This document shows positions 58,425 through 64,000 of a DNA stretch of 64,000 bases, piece after piece. The DNA comes from Methanotrichaceae archaeon (GTDB lineage: Archaea; Halobacteriota; Methanosarcinia; Methanotrichales; Methanotrichaceae): assembly GCA_963754945.1 (NCBI GenBank), contig CAVWIG010000031.1:1-64000 (forward strand). The letters run 5' to 3'. Below the pieces are notes generated by a model. The model made no database searches. It was not told where the DNA came from and saw only the letters and a list, made by a program, of their open reading frames with translations. Made by a program: the position numbers and the translations under genes. Positions within the stretch are counted from its first letter, which is position 1. The number at the start of each line of letters is the position of its first letter.

Positions 58425-58606
58425 ATTGCTACTGCGCTATCCCGAACTTGTCGGTAGAATGGAACATGCACTTTAGGGTGGTTACCACACAGCCCTCAAC
58501 TATATTTGGAATATCCTTCCAGCCTGCAGTACCAAATGTCTATAGGAACGATAAGGCATCATTTTTTTGTATCATACAAAAGAAATCTTAAAATTGTTCA
58601 GGCCAA

Positions 58607-59071
58607 TTAACCGATCAGCACTTTTCCGTGTCGGTCGATCTTGCCCTCTGAGATTCTGGTGGAGCTGATTCTGATGTTGTCCTGAGCAAGTCGGTACTCT
58701 ATTAGCGATATTTCTATGGGATTGTGGCCCTTTTCCGTTCTGAGCTTGTTTATTCTCTCGGCCACGGGCTCGGTCTCAGGGGAGACCACGATGTAGTCGA
58801 AGTCATCGTAAATTGCAGATCCGCACAGGTCGTTCAGCTTCTCCACCTTGTAGTTCTGTGCACCGAACTCCCTCTGTATGCAGCCTTTTAAGTTCTTGAG
58901 CCTGATCTCGTAATCGTGAACCGGGCGAGTCCGGTGATCCCTGGCCATTTCATCCGATGTTAGGGCTATCACAACGGTGTCACCTCTGCCAAGCTCGAAA
59001 GCTCTCCTCAGCAACGACAGATGCCCGTCGTGAAGGGGATCAAAAGTGCCACCTACCGCAACTCTGGCCAT
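58607..59071 (-). CDS. coaD: Phosphopantetheine adenylyltransferase (archaeal type)
   Basis: VAVGGTFDPLHDGH, IVVSPET and ISSTRI motifs. Confidence 0.9.
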   Translation of the reverse strand: MARVAVGGTFDPLHDGHLSLLRRAFELGRGDTVVIALTSDEMARDHRTRPVHDYEIRLKNLKGCIQREFGAQNYKVEKLNDLCGSAIYDDFDYIVVSPETEPVAERINKLRTEKGHNPIEISLIEYRLAQDNIRISSTRISEGKIDRHGKVLIG

Positions 59072-59121
59072 ATGGCTCTCGGAGATGAGATGTCTATATA
59101 AGTATCTGACGGCATCCGCCT

Positions 59122-59547
59122 TCATCGATTTTTGTGAATTTCAAGAACCTTAGCCACGATCTTTCTAGAGCTGCACAGGTCGCAGGAGTCCTGGGTTGTG
59201 ACTCTGACCACCTTTGGGTGAAGGCCTAGCCTTGCCATCTCCTCTTCCAATATGGCCGGATTGAAGTGCTGATCGAAGCCAAGGGTTATTATGTCAGGCC
59301 GAAGCTGCTCTATGGGCCGAAAGAGGTCCTTTTCATCCCCTAGAATAGCTTGATCTACGACTTTTAACGCCTGGACCATTTTAAGCCTCTGGTCTTCGGG
59401 AACGATGGGCTTGGGCTTGTGCTTGACGTTGACATCCCTGGCCACGATCACCACCAGCTCGTCACCCAGCTTCTTGGATCTCTCCAGGTAGAGAAGGTGG
59501 CCGGGGTGAAGGAGATCAAAGGTGCCTGTGGCCAGAACGCGAGTCAA
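59122..59547 (-). CDS. ribL: FAD synthase
   Basis: ATGTFDLLHPGH, VIVARD and ITLGFDQ motifs. Confidence 0.88.
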   Translation of the reverse strand: MTRVLATGTFDLLHPGHLLYLERSKKLGDELVVIVARDVNVKHKPKPIVPEDQRLKMVQALKVVDQAILGDEKDLFRPIEQLRPDIITLGFDQHFNPAILEEEMARLGLHPKVVRVTTQDSCDLCSSRKIVAKVLEIHKNR

Positions 59548-59978
59548 AGATCTCTATCCTCTTCCAGACCAGATTCATCGAAATCCTTGTCCTCGAACTC
59601 GATATCTACGACAGGCAGCTCTCTCCTCTGGCCGAGCTGGTCGTAGCAGGCCCAGCTCGATTCATCGAATGGCGGGCCGACGATTATGTGATAGTCCCCG
59701 GTCCTTGAGAAGAAGGCGAGATCCTCCTTAGAAGGTCTGATGTCTGAGGATGGATGGCTATGAGCAGATCCAACCACCTGCATGTTGGGCAGCATATAGA
59801 GCCGGATCAAGGCACTCATTCTGGAAGACTCAGTGCCGGGCAGTATGAGCACTTCCGTGATTATTTCGTTATCGGCCTGAAGCAACCCCGCGAACTCATC
59901 CGGCATGGATGACCTGGAGGCCTCAAGTATGAAATCCAGGGTGTCCTTGGCTATCCCTTGAACGTGTTTCTTTTTCAT
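59544..59978 (-). CDS. JAMM/MPN+ metalloprotease domain protein
   Basis: E...HSHP....PS..D motif. Confidence 0.9.
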   Translation of the reverse strand: MKKKHVQGIAKDTLDFILEASRSSMPDEFAGLLQADNEIITEVLILPGTESSRMSALIRLYMLPNMQVVGSAHSHPSSDIRPSKEDLAFFSRTGDYHIIVGPPFDESSWACYDQLGQRRELPVVDIEFEDKDFDESGLEEDRDL

Positions 59979-60952
59979 GATAACAGAGCCCTTAGATGAA
60001 TGCAGTCTCCAGCAACTATCCGCTTGATTACCCCTGGTTCTCCAGCCAGCTCAATTCCGAGAACCCCATCCTCCGAAAGGCATACTGCCTGACCCTCAAG
60101 GTCGCCATCCGAGGAAGTTATGCGCACACGACGGCCAAGAGTGACAGATCGGTCCCGCCACTCCATATATGTATCTCGCGATCCCATTTGTTTGTAGGCC
60201 TTCTCTATCTCTATCAACAGTGTCTGTATTAATTTGGTTCTGGAAACCTGGCTGCCCGTTTCCCTGGAAAGGGACGTGGCGTTCCAGTTGCTTGGATAAT
60301 TATTCACATCAACGTTTGCATTTATTCCTACGCCCACCACGACATACTCAAGGCGGTCTGTCTCAGCGCTGACTTCCATCAGAATGCCGCATAGCTTTCG
60401 ATCGTTGACAAGAAGATCGTTGGGCCATTTTATGCCCGCTTTTATGCCGTACAGGCGCAACATTGCTCTGGCGATGGCAACGCTCACTGCCATGTTGATC
60501 CGATAAGCTTGAGCCATGGGTATCTCCGGCTTCAAGACCAGGCTCATCCAGATTCCGCCGGAAGGCGAATGCCACGGTCTGGATAGTCTTCCTTTGCCGT
60601 TGGTCTGAACCTCTGCCAGTACAACGGTACCATTCCCACAATTGGCGGCAATCTGCCTGGCGGTCTCGTTTGTGGATCTCACCTCTCGGAAGTAACGCAG
60701 GTCCTTTCCAACGAAATCCGTCTCCAGGCATTTTAGAATCATCGCTGGGTCCAGTACATCCTGGTTTGCACCCAGGCGATAGCCTTTGTTTGTTGAGGAC
60801 TCGATCTTGTAGCCTTTTGTGCGCAATGCTTGGACCTGTTTCCAGACGGCTGCTCTGGAAACACCGAGTTCCGATGCTATTTCCTCTCCTGACACCCATG
60901 ATCCGGATTCAAGGTAACTCAACAAGTCCGATCCCAATCTACACCTTCCCAT
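59975..60952 (-). CDS. birA: Biotin-protein ligase with N-terminal HTH
   Basis: [22 protein letters not shown] and KLCGIL motifs. Confidence 0.95.
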   Translation of the reverse strand: MGRCRLGSDLLSYLESGSWVSGEEIASELGVSRAAVWKQVQALRTKGYKIESSTNKGYRLGANQDVLDPAMILKCLETDFVGKDLRYFREVRSTNETARQIAANCGNGTVVLAEVQTNGKGRLSRPWHSPSGGIWMSLVLKPEIPMAQAYRINMAVSVAIARAMLRLYGIKAGIKWPNDLLVNDRKLCGILMEVSAETDRLEYVVVGVGINANVDVNNYPSNWNATSLSRETGSQVSRTKLIQTLLIEIEKAYKQMGSRDTYMEWRDRSVTLGRRVRITSSDGDLEGQAVCLSEDGVLGIELAGEPGVIKRIVAGDCIHLRALLS

Positions 60953-62423
60953 TGGCCTTTTGTTGTGTCATGTATGTACCCACAGCAGCGGAGATGGCGG
61001 CAACTTTCCTGGTATCTGCACCAAGAGCGGAGGCCAAGGACTTCCCTTTTTCGTAATCCTCTTTGGCAACCTCCTTTACCTTCTCCAGGATGTTCTCTTC
61101 TTTGATGAAGTTGGTATTGATGTCGCCACTCCTGAACCTCGCATTCCTCATTACAGCCTTGTGGAATACTAGGTTGGTATGCACGCCCACGATTATGTAC
61201 TCAAAGAGGGCTCTTTCCATGCGGGCTATGGCCTCCGTTCTGTCTTTACCGTGTGCCACCAATTTAGAGATCAGGGAATCGTAGAAAGGCGGTATCACAT
61301 AACCGTTGTAAACTCCGCTGTCCACTCTTATCCCAGGGCCGCCAGGACTCCTATACCTGCTGATCCTTCCCGGCGATGGGATGAAGTCGTTCAGAGGGTC
61401 CTCGGCGTTTATCCTGCACTCAATTGCCCAGCCTCTTATGGTCATGTCGTTCTGGGAGTAGTTCAATGGCTCTCCTGAAGCAATCATGATCTGTTCTTTT
61501 GCCAGGTCCACCCCAGTGACCATCTCTGTTATGGGGTGCTCAACCTGGAGCCTGGTGTTCATCTCCAGGAAATAGAAGTCACCTTTGGAGTACATGAACT
61601 CGACCGTTCCCGCACTCACGTAGCCTATTGCCTTGGCAGCCTGTACGGCGATGGAGCCCATCTGCTCTCGGAGTTCTGGGGTCATTACCGGCGAGGGCGA
61701 TTCCTCTATGAGCTTCTGGTGACGGCGCTGGATCGAACACTCTCTGTCGGAGACGTAGATTGTGTTGCCCAACTTGTCTGCGAGGATCTGGAACTCAATG
61801 TGTCTTGGCTCTGTCAGGTACTTCTCGATATAGATTGTATCGTCTCCAAAGGCGGAGCGAGCAATGGACTGGGCAGAGGCCAGTGCAGGCTGTAGCTCCT
61901 CCCTGCTTTGGACGATCTTCATGCCAATTCCGCCGCCTCCGGCGGCAGGCTTGAGGATGATGGGATAACCTATGTTCTCCGCGATCTCTGTGGCCTCATC
62001 AGGATCTGATATTCCCTCCTCTATGCCGGGGACTATGGGCACACCGGCCTTCTTCATGGTCTGGCGGGCCGTGATCTTCGATCCCATTGCGTCGATTGCA
62101 CGGCTTGGAGGCCCTATGAAAACAATGCCGTTCTCCTCGCAGGCACTAGCAAAGTGGGTGTTCTCCGACAGGAAGCCGTAGCCTGGGTGGATTGCCTCGG
62201 CCCCCGTCTCCAGTGCAGCCTTGATGATGTTGTCTATCTTCAGATAGCTCTGAGAGGAAGGAGACGGGCCAACATAAACCGCTTCGTCTGCGTACTTGGC
62301 GAACAGGGCGTTCTTGTCCGCCTCGGAATAGACGGCCACAGTGGAGATCCCTAGCTCCCTGCAGGCCCTCATGACCCTTATGGCGATCTCTCCTCGGTTG
62401 GCGATCAGGATCTTGTTGAACAT
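60939..62423 (-). CDS. pycA: Biotin carboxylase (pyruvate carboxylase subunit A)
   Basis: [17 protein letters not shown] and [10 protein letters not shown] motifs. Confidence 0.9.
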   Translation of the reverse strand: MFNKILIANRGEIAIRVMRACRELGISTVAVYSEADKNALFAKYADEAVYVGPSPSSQSYLKIDNIIKAALETGAEAIHPGYGFLSENTHFASACEENGIVFIGPPSRAIDAMGSKITARQTMKKAGVPIVPGIEEGISDPDEATEIAENIGYPIILKPAAGGGGIGMKIVQSREELQPALASAQSIARSAFGDDTIYIEKYLTEPRHIEFQILADKLGNTIYVSDRECSIQRRHQKLIEESPSPVMTPELREQMGSIAVQAAKAIGYVSAGTVEFMYSKGDFYFLEMNTRLQVEHPITEMVTGVDLAKEQIMIASGEPLNYSQNDMTIRGWAIECRINAEDPLNDFIPSPGRISRYRSPGGPGIRVDSGVYNGYVIPPFYDSLISKLVAHGKDRTEAIARMERALFEYIIVGVHTNLVFHKAVMRNARFRSGDINTNFIKEENILEKVKEVAKEDYEKGKSLASALGADTRKVAAISAAVGTYMTQQKANGKV

Positions 62424-62541
62424 CCCAAGGCCAATGGCTCTGCTAGGGTAAAAACCTTATTGGGCATCTTTTGACTGTTTAGAATAATAGTAGGCAAAAA
62501 GTTATACGCTGAAGCTTCAATAATGGGACTAAGGAAGGGTC

Positions 62542-62781
62542 GTGATGAACGGGGGAAACGTTGCAATTCTCATTGGGGTTCTTGTAGTCATTACCGGCAT
62601 AGCTTTGGTCGGAGTACAGGTGATGGAGGGAAACGGCAAGGATATGCAGAACCACAGCTTCAAGCTCATTGGTGCCGAGGCCGGCTCCACAAAGTTCCAG
62701 GTGGAGACGACTTTCCCCGGCCTGCTGGTTATTGCGCTGGGAATTTTGCTTCTCATAGCAGGTGCAGTAATATCGCGTTAG
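62542..62781 (+). CDS. Small two-TM protein
   Basis: Two hydrophobic segments. Confidence 0.65.
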   Translation: MMNGGNVAILIGVLVVITGIALVGVQVMEGNGKDMQNHSFKLIGAEAGSTKFQVETTFPGLLVIALGILLLIAGAVISR

Positions 62782-62833
62782 AGCTCTTCGCATAGCATGA
62801 AAGCATTCTCGTCTTCATCCGCCACGCATGCTC

Positions 62834-63337
62834 TCAATACACTGTAACCCTCTTTACCCCTTCTATCTCCATCAGCAGTCTAACTAGGTCCCCAGGTATT
62901 TTGCCCTCTGTGATTATCGTCAGCTTAGGATCTTCAACAAAGTAAGGATCATCTGATACTGCCTGGCGAATGCTTAAACCGTGGCTAGCTACAGCACTCG
63001 CGACGTTTCCCAGAATCCCTGTCTTAGAGGCGTTCACAGGCGTAATCTCGATCACGCCCAAGCCTAGTACTGGCGCCACCTCTCCCAGGAAAGTCATGGA
63101 CCGGACGTTCCTGAAGATCTTCCACAGCTCTTCATCCTCTCGTATAGCCGTGCCGGTGGTGTCCACAACTCTTCTGTCCACGTCCAGCTCTTTGGCTATC
63201 TGGGCGTGGGGTATCTCAATCCCCCCTGAAACCACACGGCCTTCCTCGTTGACCTGGAAACCCCTTTGCAGGATGAGCCGGATCACCTTCTCCTGAGCAG
63301 GAAAACGCCGGAACTTATCTAAAATCTCCCTCCACAT
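62834..63337 (-). CDS. ACT-domain regulator of amino acid metabolism
   Basis: IAKELDVDRRVV HTH; GIL..V.SAV..SIRQA ACT pattern. Confidence 0.85.
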   Translation of the reverse strand: MWREILDKFRRFPAQEKVIRLILQRGFQVNEEGRVVSGGIEIPHAQIAKELDVDRRVVDTTGTAIREDEELWKIFRNVRSMTFLGEVAPVLGLGVIEITPVNASKTGILGNVASAVASHGLSIRQAVSDDPYFVEDPKLTIITEGKIPGDLVRLLMEIEGVKRVTVY

Positions 63338-63486
63338 GCAACCTCCTGAGAATCTAGACCTGAAAGTACAAAGTCCTTACTATTGGCACTAAACAATCAA
63401 CAACCTGAAAAGAGGCCCGATGGATGCTTTCCTGGAGCTCAAAGACAAACGCCAGAAAAATGTCTCTCTGCAAAATGGGAATGCAT

Positions 63487-64000
63487 TTAAGTGAACATTT
63501 CTTTTGGAGGCTCACGAACCCCTTTCTTGGTCCGGAGGATGATGTCTTCGAGGTGACGCTGGGTGATCTTGCCGTTCTCGAAAATGGCCTGATGAAGGGC
63601 CACCTTCAGCACCTTCTCGGTGAGATCCCTACCAGAGAATCCCTCTGACAGCTTGGCTATAGTTCCGAGATCCACACCGTCCAGCTCTAACGGCAGCGTT
63701 TCAGCATTCTTTTCCAGGATAATACGCCTCTCCTCCGCTGTGGGAAGCTTGAACTCTATCTCTTCCTCAAACCTAGAGCGGATTGAGCTGTCCAGGAACT
63801 CTATTTTGTTGGTGGCTGCAATAGTACAGACGCCATTCCTCTTCTGGATGCCGTCCATCTCGGTGAGAAGTGAGTTGACAATCTCCGAGACATCACCGCG
63901 CAGATCCTGGTAATGTCTATCTAGTGCAATGGCGTCCAGCTCATCTATGAAGATTATGCACGGTGCGATCCCTTCAGCCCTTTCATAGAGGCTGTGGATC
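63487..64000 (-). CDS. AAA+ ATPase (partial, 5' end beyond the window)
   Basis: IFIDELDAI Walker B; AATN, RSRFEEEIEF and GFSGRDL motifs. Confidence 0.9.
   Translation of the reverse strand, partial: IHSLYERAEGIAPCIIFIDELDAIALDRHYQDLRGDVSEIVNSLLTEMDGIQKRNGVCTIAATNKIEFLDSSIRSRFEEEIEFKLPTAEERRIILEKNAETLPLELDGVDLGTIAKLSEGFSGRDLTEKVLKVALHQAIFENGKITQRHLEDIILRTKKGVREPPKEMFT

Overview
This window is archaeal DNA, most likely from a Methanothrix/Methanosarcinales-type methanogen. That is inferred from the geranylgeranyl reductase, archaeal TIM, PPAT, RibL, DUF1699 and GGTGA/GGAGG RBS use; no database check was possible. It has four zones. (1) 1-26 kb is a surface-glycan locus (methyltransferases, GT4s, Wzm/Wzt, Gmd, epimerase). 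It carries six co-oriented TnpB (IS200/IS605) elements or relics, IS66 relics and a 196-bp IS66-type MITE. (2) 26.5-40.3 kb is housekeeping (hisHF, GGR, tpiA, argCJH). (3) 40.65-57.25 kb is a 16.5-kb AT-rich integrative element bounded by an exact 84-bp direct repeat inside a secreted-protein gene. It encodes a tyrosine integrase, a Prim-Pol and an SF3/D5 helicase separated by an iteron origin, RHH/wHTH/Xis-like regulators, two possible Sm/Hfq-fold proteins and many orphans, with no recognisable capsid, terminase or conjugation genes. It also contains densely base-paired non-coding DNA: a ~1.1-kb stem-rich region, a duplicated ~115-nt module with compensatory substitutions, and a ~165-nt multi-hairpin. 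(4) 57.5-64 kb has three unannotated tiny membrane proteins, then housekeeping (coaD, ribL, birA, pycA). The best candidate for an undescribed system is the satellite-like element with its large structured RNA/ssDNA domains. All stems and alignments were read by eye.
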